Positions 51,225-62,381 are shown, counted from the stretch's first letter. The stretch is 64,000 bases of DNA from Spirochaetia bacterium (GCA_965203905.1 CBDBDQ010000005.1:1184001-1248000), one strand, 5' to 3'. The notes: a model not told the origin generated them from the letters alone. Made by a program: numbers and translations.

Positions 51225-51758
51225 TCACGGGAACAGAGCTGCCAGCACCCTCTGCATCACGGGAACCAGGATCGTGGCGGCTACCAGAACGGCCAGCAGC
51301 CAGCGGGTCTGTACGGTGGTCTCCTTGCGCACGTCGCCGATCTCCTTCGTGAGGTCGGCCCGCACATTGGCGATCTCCTTGCCCAGGTTGCCGATCTGTT
51401 CCTGGTGCTCAAGGAACTGTTTCTGAACCCCCATGAAGCCGGCGTGCATCTCGCCACGCACTGCCTCCAGACCGGCGTGCATTTCACCCCGCACCTCTAT
51501 GAGGCCGGCGTGCATCTCTCCACGCACCGCCTCGAAACCGGCGTGCATCTCATCCCGCACCGCCTTGAAACCGGTGTGCATCTCTCCACGCACTGCCTCG
51601 CGCGAGTCCGCAACCCGGCGCGCAAAGCGCTCCTCCACCACGCTTATCAGCTCTTCGCGCTGGTCGCGGCCAAACTGATGCAGCAGCTCCACCAGCGAAT
51701 CGGTCGCCGCCTCGCCCAGCCTCTCGCGCAACTCACGACGTACCGAGATCACCGCCAT
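51225..51758 (-). CDS. Coiled-coil protein with C-terminal membrane anchor (DUF1640/Bdr-like architecture), copy 1
   Basis: 5 x EAVRGEMH.GF 11-mers; RWLLAVLVAATILVPV tail. Confidence 0.8.
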   Translation of the reverse strand: MAVISVRRELRERLGEAATDSLVELLHQFGRDQREELISVVEERFARRVADSREAVRGEMHTGFKAVRDEMHAGFEAVRGEMHAGLIEVRGEMHAGLEAVRGEMHAGFMGVQKQFLEHQEQIGNLGKEIANVRADLTKEIGDVRKETTVQTRWLLAVLVAATILVPVMQRVLAALFP

Positions 51759-51999
51759 GACCGATCAACCAGCTTATGTGACCGTGCCGGGGCCGTCAAC
51801 GTGACGCCGCTCGCTCGCACTCCCGAGCCGGGCGCGGCTACGCGTGCTGAGGCGGCCGGCCGCCGGCAGTTCGGGCGATACTTCATGCTACTAGAGCCCT
51901 CCATTGCTCGTAATGAACAACGGCACGCGATTCGTGGCGCTTTGCCGTTGCGCCGTGGCGCCGGTTTCGTGGCTCGGCGTGGCGGGGTACTATCGACCG

Positions 52000-53546
52000 G
52001 TGGGCAAGCGCAGACTGCCGATCGGCATGCAGACCTTCCGCACGCTGCGGGAGCAGAACTGCTACTACGTCGACAAGACGCCCTACATCCGCCGCCTGCT
52101 CGACGAAGGCACGCACTACTTCCTGTCGCGGCCCCGCCGCTTCGGCAAGAGCCTGTTCCTGGACACGCTCAAGGAGCTGTTCGAGGGCAGCGAGGAGCTG
52201 TTCGCCGGGCTGCACATCCACGCCGGCCACGACTGGTCGCAACGCCATCCGGTGGTGCGGCTGAGCTTCGGTGGCGGCACCTTCCGGCGGTTGGACCTGC
52301 TGGAAGCGAACGTCATGGAGCAACTCGCCGCCGCAGAGCGGCGCCTGGGAGTGGAGTCCGAGTACCTGACCGCCGCGGGCCGCTTCGCGTATCTGCTGGA
52401 AGCCCTGCACCGGCAGACGGGACAGCGCGTCGCGGTGCTGGTGGACGAGTACGACAAGCCGATCCTGGACCTGCTGAAGGAACCGGAGGTGGCACTCGCC
52501 AACCGCGACTACCTGCGCGGGCTGTACGGCGTGATCAAGGACAGCGACGCGCACGTGCAGTTCACGTTCCTCACCGGCATCAGCAAGTTCTCGAAGGTGA
52601 ACCTGTTCTCGCAACTGAACAACCTCACCGACATCACGCTCGATCCCGTGTACTCCTCAGTGTGCGGGTACACGGAGGAAGATCTGGACACCGTGTTCGC
52701 TCCGGAACTCGCCGGACTCGACCGCGAGCAGGTGCGGGAGTGGTACAACGGCTACCGCTGGCGTGGCGACGAGAAGGTCTACAATCCCTACGATGTGCTC
52801 CTGTTGCTGCGCGGTCGCGAATTCGATGCGCATTGGTTCGAGACCGGGACGCCGGCGTTCCTCGTGGACACGCTTTTCGACCGCCGCGTGTCCTCGGTGT
52901 CGCTGGGCGAGATGGTGACCACGGGGGGCTGCTGTCGGCGTTCGACGTCGATCACATCGGCACCGAGGCACTGCTGTTCCAGACCGGCTACCTGACGATT
53001 ACGGGAGAAGAGCGACTGGGCGGCAAGGCGCTCTTCCGGCTGGGCTATCCCAACCGGGAGGTGCGCCAGAGCCTGAACGAGTACCTGTTGCGTCACCTGG
53101 TGCAGGACACGACGCAGCAGACGGCCAACGGCATGCGCCTGGCGCGCCTCCTGCAAACGCACGACTGCACCGGCCTGAAAGCGCTGTTCCACGCCTTCTT
53201 CGCCAGCATTCCGTACCATTGGTACACCAACAATGACATCGCCAACTACGAGGGCTTCTACGCCAGCGTGTTCTACTCCTACTTTGCCGCGCTCGGCTAC
53301 GAGATCGCCGTGGAAGAGGCGAGCAGCCACGGGCGCCTGGACATGGCGCTGCGCACCGGCGGTCACGTCTACCTGTTCGAATTCAAGGTGGTGGAGCTGG
53401 CGCCGCCAGGGGCGGCGCTGGCGCACCTCCAGGAGCGCCGCTACGCCGACAAGTACCGCGCCACGGGCGAGCCGATCCACCTGATCGGCGTCGAATTCAG
53501 CCGCGACACCCGCAACGTAACCGCGTTCGAAGTGGCGGACGGCTGA
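52000..53546 (+). pseudogene. AAA+PD-(D/E)XK (DUF1703-type) gene, frameshift in G-run near 52925
   Basis: N-half in ORF 51904..52995, C-half in ORF ending 53546. Confidence 0.88.
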
Positions 53547-53730
53547 GAGGATAGTCGTTGTCGGACAGGAGGGATGGCTGACCGCCGCCGTGAACGCGCA
53601 GCCAAGCGGCGTCGCCGCTCAACTGAGCGTTTCATTCGCAAACCGCCGAGGATGGATAAACCGTGTGACATTCGGCAGTGACTCTGTCGACAACGAGGCA
53701 TGACGACCTTCGAACCAGACAGCGGGCATC

Positions 53731-54549
53731 TTACAACGGCTCGGAGTTGTCACGGTCGCGCAGCCGCGCTTCGAGTTCGGCGATTCGCGCCTCCGCCGCC
53801 TGCCGGGCCTCCCGTTCCTGCCGGCGACCCTGTTCGGCGTGCTGGCGCGCGTCCCGCTCCCGCCGACGATCCTGCTCGGCCCGGCGCCACCGCTGCTCCG
53901 CCCGTTCGCGCGCCTGCAGCTCCCGCTCCCACCTCTGCTCGGCCTCCTGCCACGCCGCGTCCGTCTCCCCGAGGTCCGGCAGATCGCGCCCCGTCATCGG
54001 ATCGTGGAACCGCAGCCCGCGCTCCGTCAGCCGCAACTCCAACTCCAGCACCGCGCTCCTCAGCACCAGCGTCCCGTCCCCATGCTCCCGTTCCGGCAGC
54101 CTCGCGTACTCCCCTGCCACCAACTCCAGTCCCTGCAACGCCGGCTCCAGGTAGTCCCCCGTCGGGTCGTACTGCCAGTACTCCCGCACCCCGAGCCTCT
54201 CGTACAGCCTGCGCTTCTTTCCCTGGTCTTCCCGCCGCGTGCTGCGCGACGTCACCTCCAGCACGAAGTCCGGCCCCTTCGGCTCCTCCCACAGCACGTA
54301 GCTCGTTCGCTTCCGCCGCGGCGCGCCCAGCACCACGAACACATCCGGCGCCACTCGCTCCCGCGTCCCTTCCTCGTAGTAGATCAACAGGTTCCCCGCC
54401 ACGTACACGTCCTCGCGCTCGCGATAGTGTTCCCGCAGCCGGTTCGCGGCATAGGTCAGCGGGATGAACTGGTGATCGCTCTCCGCCACCGGCCGGCCGT
54501 CCGACGAGGGGTATTCAACCTGGGCGGGAGCGAGTACCGAGCTTGCCAT
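53731..54549 (-). CDS. Uma2 (DUF820) endonuclease with coiled-coil tail, intact
   Basis: EYPSSDGRPVAESD, VAPDVFVV, PDFVLEVTS, GVREYWQYDP. Confidence 0.92.
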   Translation of the reverse strand: MASSVLAPAQVEYPSSDGRPVAESDHQFIPLTYAANRLREHYREREDVYVAGNLLIYYEEGTRERVAPDVFVVLGAPRRKRTSYVLWEEPKGPDFVLEVTSRSTRREDQGKKRRLYERLGVREYWQYDPTGDYLEPALQGLELVAGEYARLPEREHGDGTLVLRSAVLELELRLTERGLRFHDPMTGRDLPDLGETDAAWQEAEQRWERELQARERAEQRWRRAEQDRRRERDARQHAEQGRRQEREARQAAEARIAELEARLRDRDNSEPL

Positions 54550-54600
54550 CACGGTCCCTCCTGACCACCTCAGCATACCACGCCGCGGTCGCCACGAGAA
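54550..54600 (-). promoter_or_regulatory. Extended -10 promoter + RBS cassette of Uma2 genes (also ~34560-34610 and ~37400-37440)
   Basis: tggtatgct...ggtcaggagg on minus strand in three places. Confidence 0.55.
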
Positions 54601-54876
54601 TCCTGCCGGGGCCGCGGTGCCGGCCTCCGCGATCGGCGAGGTGCCTGAAGATGTTGCGAACCATACCCTCTACAACGGGCGCCGGTTCGCCCGCGCTTTC
54701 AGGAACCTGTGTTCGACGTGAAGTCGGTCGAGATCCTGAGTCGGGCGTGCCTGGACCGCTACCAGGAGAAGAGTGCGCTCTAAGAGTTGATCGCCGAGCT
54801 CTGCCGCTGACTCCGCTACGCCGGCTACGCCGTGGCGCCGGTTTCGTGGCTCGGCGTGGCGGGGTACTATCGGCCG

Positions 54877-56424
54877 GTGGGCAAGCGCAGACTGCCGATC
54901 GGCATGCAGACCTTCCGCACGCTGCGGGAGCAGAACTGCTACTACGTCGACAAGACGCCCTACATCCGCCGCCTGCTCGACGAAGGCACGCACTACTTCC
55001 TGTCGCGGCCCCGCCGCTTCGGCAAGAGCCTGTTCCTGGACACGCTCAAGGAGCTGTTCGAGGGCAGCGAGGAGCTGTTCGCCGGGCTGCACATCCACGC
55101 CGGCCACGACTGGTCGCAACGCCATCCGGTGGTGCGGCTGAGCTTCGGTGGCGGCACCTTCCGGCGGTTGGACCTGCTGGAAGCGAACGTCATGGAGCAA
55201 CTCGCCGCCGCAGAGCGGCGCCTGGGAGTGGAGTCCGAGTACCTGACCGCCGCGGGCCGCTTCGCGTATCTGCTGGAAGCCCTGCACCGGCAGACGGGAC
55301 AGCGCGTCGCGGTGCTGGTGGACGAGTACGACAAGCCGATCCTGGACCTGCTGAAGGAACCGGAGGTGGCACTCGCCAACCGCGACTACCTGCGCGGGCT
55401 GTATGGCGTGATCAAGGACAGCGACGCGCACGTGCGGTTCACGTTCCTCACCGGCATCAGCAAGTTCTCGAAGGTGAACCTGTTCTCGCAACTGAACAAC
55501 CTCACCGACATCACGCTCGATCCCGTGTACTCCTCAGTGTGCGGGTACACGGAGGAAGATCTGGACACCGTGTTCGCTCCGGAGCTCGCCGGACTGGACC
55601 GGGAGCAGGTGCGGGAGTGGTACAACGGCTATAGCTGGCTAGGCGACGAGAGGGTGTACAACCCCTACGACGTGCTGCTACTGCTGCGCCGCGGCAGGTT
55701 CGCCGCGCACTGGTTCGAGACCGGGACGCCGGCATTCCTGGTGGAGACGCTGTTCGAACGTCACGTCTCCTCGGTGTCGCTGGGCGACCTGGTTAGCACG
55801 GAGGACCTGCTGTCGACATTCGACGTGGAGCACATCGGCACCGAGGCGCTGCTGTTCCAGACCGGCTACCTGACCATCACCGGGGAAGAGGACTTGGTCG
55901 GGGAGCCGCTATACCGGCTTGGCTATCCGAACCGGGAAGTACGCCAGAGCCTGAACCGCGTGCTGCTACGCCACCTGGTGCAGGACGCAGGACAACAGAC
56001 GGCCAACAGCACGCGCTTGGCGCGGCTGCTGGAGGCGCACGACTGCGCCGGCCTCCAGGAGCTGTTCCACGCCTTCTTCGCCAGCATTCCCTACCATTGG
56101 TACACCAACAACCACATCGCCAACTACGAGGGCTTCTACGCCAGCGTGTTCTACTCCTACTTTGCTGCGCTCGGCTATGAGATCGCCGTGGAAGAGGCGA
56201 GCAGCCGCGGCCGCCTGGACATGGCGGTGCGCACCGGCGGGCACGTCTACCTGTTCGAGTTCAAGGTAGTCGAGATGACGCCGGACGGTTCGGCGCTGGC
56301 GCAGTTGCAGGAGCGCCGCTACGCCGACAAGTACCGCGCCCGCGGCGAGCCGATCCACCTGATCGGCGTCGAGTTCAGCCGCGACGCGCGCAACGTCACC
56401 GCGTTCGAAGTGGCGGACGGCTGA
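54877..56424 (+). CDS. AAA+PD-(D/E)XK (DUF1703-type) protein, intact
   Basis: Same motifs as 32400-33950. Confidence 0.92.
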   Translation: MGKRRLPIGMQTFRTLREQNCYYVDKTPYIRRLLDEGTHYFLSRPRRFGKSLFLDTLKELFEGSEELFAGLHIHAGHDWSQRHPVVRLSFGGGTFRRLDLLEANVMEQLAAAERRLGVESEYLTAAGRFAYLLEALHRQTGQRVAVLVDEYDKPILDLLKEPEVALANRDYLRGLYGVIKDSDAHVRFTFLTGISKFSKVNLFSQLNNLTDITLDPVYSSVCGYTEEDLDTVFAPELAGLDREQVREWYNGYSWLGDERVYNPYDVLLLLRRGRFAAHWFETGTPAFLVETLFERHVSSVSLGDLVSTEDLLSTFDVEHIGTEALLFQTGYLTITGEEDLVGEPLYRLGYPNREVRQSLNRVLLRHLVQDAGQQTANSTRLARLLEAHDCAGLQELFHAFFASIPYHWYTNNHIANYEGFYASVFYSYFAALGYEIAVEEASSRGRLDMAVRTGGHVYLFEFKVVEMTPDGSALAQLQERRYADKYRARGEPIHLIGVEFSRDARNVTAFEVADG

Positions 56425-57031
56425 GACCGGAGAACGTTACGCTGCCCCGCGCGCCACAATGGCTTCGCGCGACCCTTCCAGCAAGCCCTCCAGCCTCGCT
56501 TGGCCATGTTCCACCATCGTCGTGAATGATGATCCCGCGATTCATCTTGCCGACCAGGTCGCGGAAGATCTCGGTAGCGCGGGCAGGGCCATCCCTTGCT
56601 GAACGACGTCTGCATCCCTGGGGCAAGGGATGTTCCGGAAGGTAAGGTAGTAGCCGCGGTGATGGCCCCGTGCCTGGCCGGATCGCCTCCTTCCGGTGAT
56701 TGGATTCGTTCGCTGTACTATGTGTCCAGGAACGAGTGGGTTGCCGCCCACGCGCAACGCGCCGGTCTCCGCCGAGGCGTTGCTGCCACGTTGGCGCCAC
56801 GGTGCAGGATTCTGCGAAAGGTGCCAAAAAAAGTGCGCTGAGCACTTGACGGGTTTGGCCCTGCTCGTGACGGCCCCCTGCCGCACGTTCCGGCCCTTCC
56901 GACCCTTCGAACATCCCGCCACGCCTTCCAGGCTCGTCAGCACCCCGCAAGCGCCGGCCTGCACCCTTCCAGGTGCCCGTCCCGGGACTTGCCGAAACCG
57001 GTCATTTCTCAGCCATGCTTATATTTACGCC

Positions 57032-58672
57032 ATGGCTGCCGCGACCGCTGCCGGCTTCGCCTCCTCGCTCTCCGGGCTCCCCGACCAGGTACTGCTGGCG
57101 CATACCAAGTCCCTCGTCCTGCACGAGCAGGCGCTGCAGCTCGCCGTCCTCGACCACCTGCGCGAGATCCACGCCCGCCACCTCCACCTGCGCCTCGGGT
57201 TCTCCAGCCTGTTCGACTACGCGGTGCGCGAACTGGGATATAGCGAGGGTGCCGCGTGGCGCCGTATCAAAGCCATGCGCCTGTGCTCCGAGACCGCCGG
57301 GTCACGCGAGCTGCTGCAGGACGGCTCGCTCACCTTGAGCGCGGCGGCGCAGTTGCAAAACACCTTCGATCTCCTGCAGCGCACGGCGACCGCCGCCGTG
57401 GACCCCGGCTCGCCACCCGCGGCACCCGAGCTGCTGCCGGGCGCCACGGGGACGGCGCCGGAGGCGGGGGCTTCCGGGGCCGCGGCAGCGGCGCCCGCGC
57501 CACCGGTGCCGGCGCTGGACGCGGCGCAGCGGCAGGAGCTGGTGGCGCAGGCGAGCGGCAAGAGCACCCGCGAGGTGAAGCAGTTGCTGGCCGGGGTGGC
57601 TCCCGAGCTGGCGCGGCCGGCTGATCGCATGCGGGCGCTGGGCGAGGGCCGCTGGGAGCTGAAGGTAGTGATCGACGCCGCCTGTCAGCGCGGGATCGAG
57701 CAGCTACGGGCCCTGCTGTCGCACGTGGACCCGCACCTGACGCTGGGGCAACTGGTGGAGCGCCTGGTGCAGGACGGCCTGCAGCGCTACGACCCGGGGC
57801 GACCGCCGCGCGGGCGCAGAGGTGGTGGGCGCCGGGAGGCAAGCGTGGGCCAGGCGCCGGAGCCGAAGGCGCAGCAAGGGCCGGTGGGCGGGGCGGCTTC
57901 GCCGGCGAAGTCGGGCGTGCAAGAGCAAGCCGGAGTGCCGACGCCGTCGGAGGGCACGAGCGCCGGTGGCAGCACCCCGGCGCCGGCAGCGCTGTCCGCA
58001 GAGGAACCCGCGCGCGGGATTGGCGGCGCCGGTACCTCGGCGGTGGGCGCGCTGGCAGCGCCGCCGTTGGGGCGCGAGACTTGCGGCAGCAGCACGCCGG
58101 TGAGTGCCAAGCCAGCGGCGGCGGCGACCGGTACCGCTACTTCGTCGGCGAAGTCGGTGGCCGATCGTGGGTCCCACGGCACCGTACCGACGCCACGGGC
58201 GACGCCGGCGGCGGACCAGAGCATGCCGGCCGCGCTGGCAGCGGCGGATCGCGGTCGCAACGCTGCTTCGCCAGAGAAGCGCGCAGGGGTGGCGCAGCGG
58301 GCACGGGGGACGTAGCGGGCACGGGCGACGCGGCGGGCAGGAACGGCGCGGCTCAATGGCCGTTCGGGTCCGCAGGCGGCGGCAGCCGGCCTCTCCGGAG
58401 GCAGCGCGCAGCCGCCCCACCGGGCGCATCGATCCCGGTACATTCCGGCACCGGTGAGGCGCGAGGTGTGGCGCCCCGACGGTGGCTGCTGCAGTTACGT
58501 CGATCCGCACAGCGGGCGGCGCTGCGGGTCCCGCTTCCTGCTGGAGCTCGACCACATCGTTCCCTTCGCGCTTGGCGGCAGCGCCGAGCCGGGGAATTTG
58601 AGGCTGCATTGTGCAGCTCACCACCGCTTCCGGCATCGAGAGTACGGATCGCCGCCAGACGGGGCCACGTGA
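57032..58672 (+). pseudogene. DUF222-like HNH endonuclease, frameshifted just before the HNH domain
   Basis: Frame stops at 58315; HNH domain in ORF 58454..58672. Confidence 0.85.
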
Positions 58673-58771
58673 TCGGCGCTCGCCGAGGTGCAAGTTGGGC
58701 GGTTGGGCGTCGGTCCGAGGGCACGGGGAGCAACGATTTGCAGCCGGCTTGTCGCGCCGCGTGGGAAGTTC

Positions 58772-59234
58772 TCACGGGAACAGAGCTGCCAGCACCCTCT
58801 GCATCACGGGAACCAGGATCGTCGCGGCTACCAGAACGGTCAGCAACCAGCGGGTCTGTACGGTGATCTCCTTGCGCACCTCGCCGACCTCCTTGCGCAC
58901 CTCGCCGATCGCGATCTCCTCCGTGAGGTCCGCCCGCACATTGGCGATCTCCTTTCCCAGGTTTGCCGATCTGTTCCTGGTGCTCAAGGAACTGTTTCTG
59001 CACGCCCATGAAGCCGGCGTGCATCTCAACCCGCAACGCCTCGAAACCGGTGTGCATCTCGCCACGCACCGCCTCGTCCGAGTCCGCAACCCGGCGCGCA
59101 AAGCGCTCCTCCACCACGCTTATCAGCTCTTCGCGCTGGTCGCGGCCAAACTCATGCAGCAGCTCCACCAGCGAATCGGTGGCCGCCTCGCCCAGCCTCT
59201 CGCGCAACTCACGTCGTACGGAGATCACCGCCAT
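58772..59234 (-). pseudogene. Coiled-coil membrane-anchored protein, copy 2, frameshift near 58962
   Basis: N-terminus in ORF ending 59234, C-terminus in ORF 58772..59101. Confidence 0.8.
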
Positions 59235-59291
59235 GACCGATCAACCAGCCTATGCGACCGTGCCGGGGCCGTCAACGCGACGCCGCTCGCT

Positions 59292-60795
59292 GGGTGCATT
59301 CCGGTATTGTGGCGCCAGCCGCCAGAGAGCACGCGCGGGATTGGATCGCAGCGAATACAAGCATGCCTACCACAAATGGGAATGCCCGCCCGGACGGACG
59401 CGCCCTGACCGCAGCCCTTCCGGTCGTGCCGGCCACCACGATTGTCTCCGGCCGCCCGCGTAATCGGGGTGATTGCACCCCTTGATGATGGCGCGCGGCA
59501 GGTAGGGCGGCAGGCGGCTCCTGGCCGGCTACCGGCGGTGCAGACGCTTCCGGAAGTCGGCCTCGCTGACGCAGGCGGTGGCGGCCGCGACGATGGCGTG
59601 GCGGGGTAGTTCGGCGAAGCCGGGCACGCCGGGGAATCCGGGCGAGAGCACGATGCCGCGCGCCCCCAACAGCGCTCGTGCAAACTCGATGCGTTCTTCC
59701 GCGCGACCTTCGGCATGACCTTCCGCGCGGCTGCGGCGGCGCTGCGCGCCCAGCAGGGGGTCGTCGTCCGGGCCGGTGCCCTCCCGCTCCCCGAGCGCCG
59801 CTCCCACCCGCTCCAGTACCGCGCTGGTCGGCACCGAAAGCGTGTCCTCGTTCAACGCCACGTGGATCTCCGCCGCCGTCCAGCCAGGAAACGCCCGGCT
59901 CTGCCCCACCTGCCGATACGCCCCATCCTCCAGCAGGTGGATGGTCAGCCCCGAGCGCCGGCTCCGCGGCCGGCTCGGCGCACCCGCATCGGGCACCTCG
60001 ATCCACACTTCCGGGAACCCCCACGCCTCGTACTGCGGCAGCTTGCGCCGGCGCGCGTCGGTGCTGTGGTCCACTTCCAGCACCACCTCCGGGAAGTCGT
60101 GCTCGCCGACCGTCAGCACCGGACGCGGCAACCGCGCGCGCGCCGGGTGCAGGTACACCAACTCGTCCGCCTGCATGATGAGGCGCGCCTTGCCGTGCGC
60201 GTCGCGCTCGGTCAGGTCGGTGCTGCCGAGGCACTTCACCGGCGCGCCGCGCACCTGGGAAATGAGCTTGGCCGACTCCGTCAAGAGGCGCGTGGGGCCT
60301 TCGTGATAGGAGCTCACCGGATCGCAGATCCAGGCGGTCTCGGAGACGGTGTCCCAGTACTCCAGCCGGATCTCGCAGTCGTCGAGTTCCTCGCGCGGCA
60401 GGCGCACCGGCTTGCAGCCGGGGAAGTCCGCCGCCGTGGGCGGCTGGACGCCGGGCGCCGGGTCCGCGGGCTGAGCCGGTCCCGGGGCCGGCGCCTCGAC
60501 CTGCGGACCGAGCGTGCGTACCGAAGCCATGCCGGCACGGTACGGCATTCCCCCGGCCCGCTGCAACCGCGCGCTCGATGATGGGTGCATTCCGGTATTG
60601 GTGGTGCCAGCGTGGGATTGGATCGCGGCGAACACAAGCGTGCCTACCACAAATGGGAATGCCCCCGGACGGACGCGCCCTGACCGCAGCCCTCTCGGTC
60701 GTGTTCGCCACCACGATTGTCTCCGGCCGCCCGCTTCATCGGGGTGACACCGGTAGTATCGGTACCGTGCGCTACCACACAGAAAGAATGCACCC
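59292..60795. mobile_element. Composite element: two directly repeated MITE-like units (59292-59480, 60583-60795) flanking a Uma2 gene
   Basis: Each unit gggtgcattc...ga(a/t)tgcaccc; 9-bp direct repeat ccgctcgct at 59283-59291 and 60796-60804; single-copy empty sites at 51807-51815 and 63979-63987. Confidence 0.85.
59529..60530 (-). CDS. Uma2 (DUF820) family endonuclease
   Basis: Near-identical to 29925-30920. Confidence 0.85.
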   Translation of the reverse strand: MASVRTLGPQVEAPAPGPAQPADPAPGVQPPTAADFPGCKPVRLPREELDDCEIRLEYWDTVSETAWICDPVSSYHEGPTRLLTESAKLISQVRGAPVKCLGSTDLTERDAHGKARLIMQADELVYLHPARARLPRPVLTVGEHDFPEVVLEVDHSTDARRRKLPQYEAWGFPEVWIEVPDAGAPSRPRSRRSGLTIHLLEDGAYRQVGQSRAFPGWTAAEIHVALNEDTLSVPTSAVLERVGAALGEREGTGPDDDPLLGAQRRRSRAEGHAEGRAEERIEFARALLGARGIVLSPGFPGVPGFAELPRHAIVAAATACVSEADFRKRLHRR

Positions 60796-61018
60796 CCGCT
60801 CGCTCGCACTCCTGAGCCGGGCGCGGCTTCGTGCGCTGAGGCGGACGGCCGCCGGCACTTCGGGCGATACTTCATGCTACTAGAGCCCTCCATTGCTCGT
60901 AATGAACAACGGCACGCGATTCGTGGCGCTTTGCAGGAAGGAGGCGAGGCGTGAGCGAAGGCCGGCAGGTGCCTGGCGAGAGCCGCCGGCCGGTCACCGG
61001 CAACAAAGGTGGAGTGGA

Positions 61019-61282
61019 ACCTCACCGACATCACGCTCGATCGGCGTGGAAGAGGGGAGCAGCCACGGACGCCTGGACATGGCGCTGCGCACCGGCGGGC
61101 ACGTCTACCTGTTTGAGTTCAAGGTGGTGGAGTTGGCGCCGCCGGGAGCGGCGCCGGCGCAACTCCAGGAGCGCCGCTACGCCGACAAGTACCGCGCCAC
61201 GGGCGAGCCGATCCACCTGATCGGCGTCGAGTTCAGCCGCGACACCCGCAACGTAACCGCATTCGAAGTGGCGGCCGGCTGA
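61019..61282 (+). pseudogene. C-terminal remnant of AAA+PD-(D/E)XK gene
   Basis: VEEGSSHGRLDMALRTGGHVYLFEFKV...TAFEVAAG. Confidence 0.8.
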
Positions 61283-61315
61283 GACGATAGTCGTTGCGGG
61301 ATAGCACCCCTCACG

Positions 61316-62260
61316 TCAGGCCCGCGAGGCGGGATCGAAGCGGGCGAGGAACTTGGCGGCGGTGTCGCAGCGCACCAGCCAGTCACCGACCTCGGCCAGC
61401 CGTTCCGGGTCGGCGATCGGCGCCAGCAGGTCGGCCAGGCGGGCGGCGGTGTCGGCATCGAAGCGCGCCGCCGCCTGCCGGCACAGCAGTGTCCGCTGCT
61501 GGTCGACCCCCTGGGTAAGGCCTTCCGCAAGGCCTTGTTCGCGGCCCTCCCGGAGCCATTGCTTGGGCCACTCGGCGACCCGTTCCACCAACGACATACT
61601 CGCCTCCTCCAGCGTCCGTACCGGTGCCACCACGAACCCGCGCCGCAACTCCTCCGCGCCACGCTTCGGCAACCAGCGCTGCAACGCCCCCACCACCCGC
61701 TCGACCTCCTCCCATGACCGGCTCTGCTCCAGCCGCGCCACCGCGCGCAGCAGGTTGCGGTACGGCAGATCATCCGCCGCCACCCGCTGCAGGTCAAGCA
61801 GGTAGTAGCGCTGCGCCGGCTGATACGGCGCCAGCCACCGCCCCACCGGCGTGATCAGTGCGCGCATCTCCGGGGCTGCGGTCCACGGTTCGGTGCCGTT
61901 GTAGAGCACCACCGGCAGCACCGCCGGGAGCCGCTCGCCAGCCACCTCCGGGGCCCGGCTGCGTATCAGTTCCTGGTACAGCAGTCCGCTGTAGTTGAGG
62001 ATGCGCAACGCCATCCAGCGATCATCCTGCGCCTGGAACTCCAGCAGCAACAGAAACACCCGGCGCCGGCCCAGCCGCAGGTGCCAGACGGTGTCGCCGT
62101 GGCGCTTGCGCAGTTCATCGCTGATGTACTCGGGAGAGAGCTTCCCCAGGCTGGAGAAGTCCGCGGCCGCCAGCCGGGGCGCGGGCAGGCAGGCGCGCAG
62201 CACATCCCCGACCATGAGCGGGGAGGCGAACAGGCGCTTGTAGTTCTCGTCGTGCAGCAT
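61316..62260 (-). CDS. Rpn family recombination-promoting nuclease / YhgA-like putative transposase
   Basis: HDENYKRLF, GDTVW, LLLEFQ, MALRILNY, LPVVLYNG..W; C-terminal EGREQG...RF...L..I.D.ERL domain. Confidence 0.88.
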   Translation of the reverse strand: MLHDENYKRLFASPLMVGDVLRACLPAPRLAAADFSSLGKLSPEYISDELRKRHGDTVWHLRLGRRRVFLLLLEFQAQDDRWMALRILNYSGLLYQELIRSRAPEVAGERLPAVLPVVLYNGTEPWTAAPEMRALITPVGRWLAPYQPAQRYYLLDLQRVAADDLPYRNLLRAVARLEQSRSWEEVERVVGALQRWLPKRGAEELRRGFVVAPVRTLEEASMSLVERVAEWPKQWLREGREQGLAEGLTQGVDQQRTLLCRQAAARFDADTAARLADLLAPIADPERLAEVGDWLVRCDTAAKFLARFDPASRA

Positions 62261-62381
62261 GGTATGGGTTCGTACCCTTGAACAACAGCGCGCCGTCGCC
62301 GGCGCTTTTACGGACCGGGGTCAGGAGACTACCAGTGGCGTCGTTCGAGGACCCGTTGGTGAACCGTGGAACCGTGCCTAT

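Noticed and set aside
56425-56800. Distal part of the HNH upstream repeat as part of an ncRNA
   Set aside because: Shared only by the two recently duplicated copies and reads like coding debris; only the proximal ~200 nt is conserved in the diverged copy
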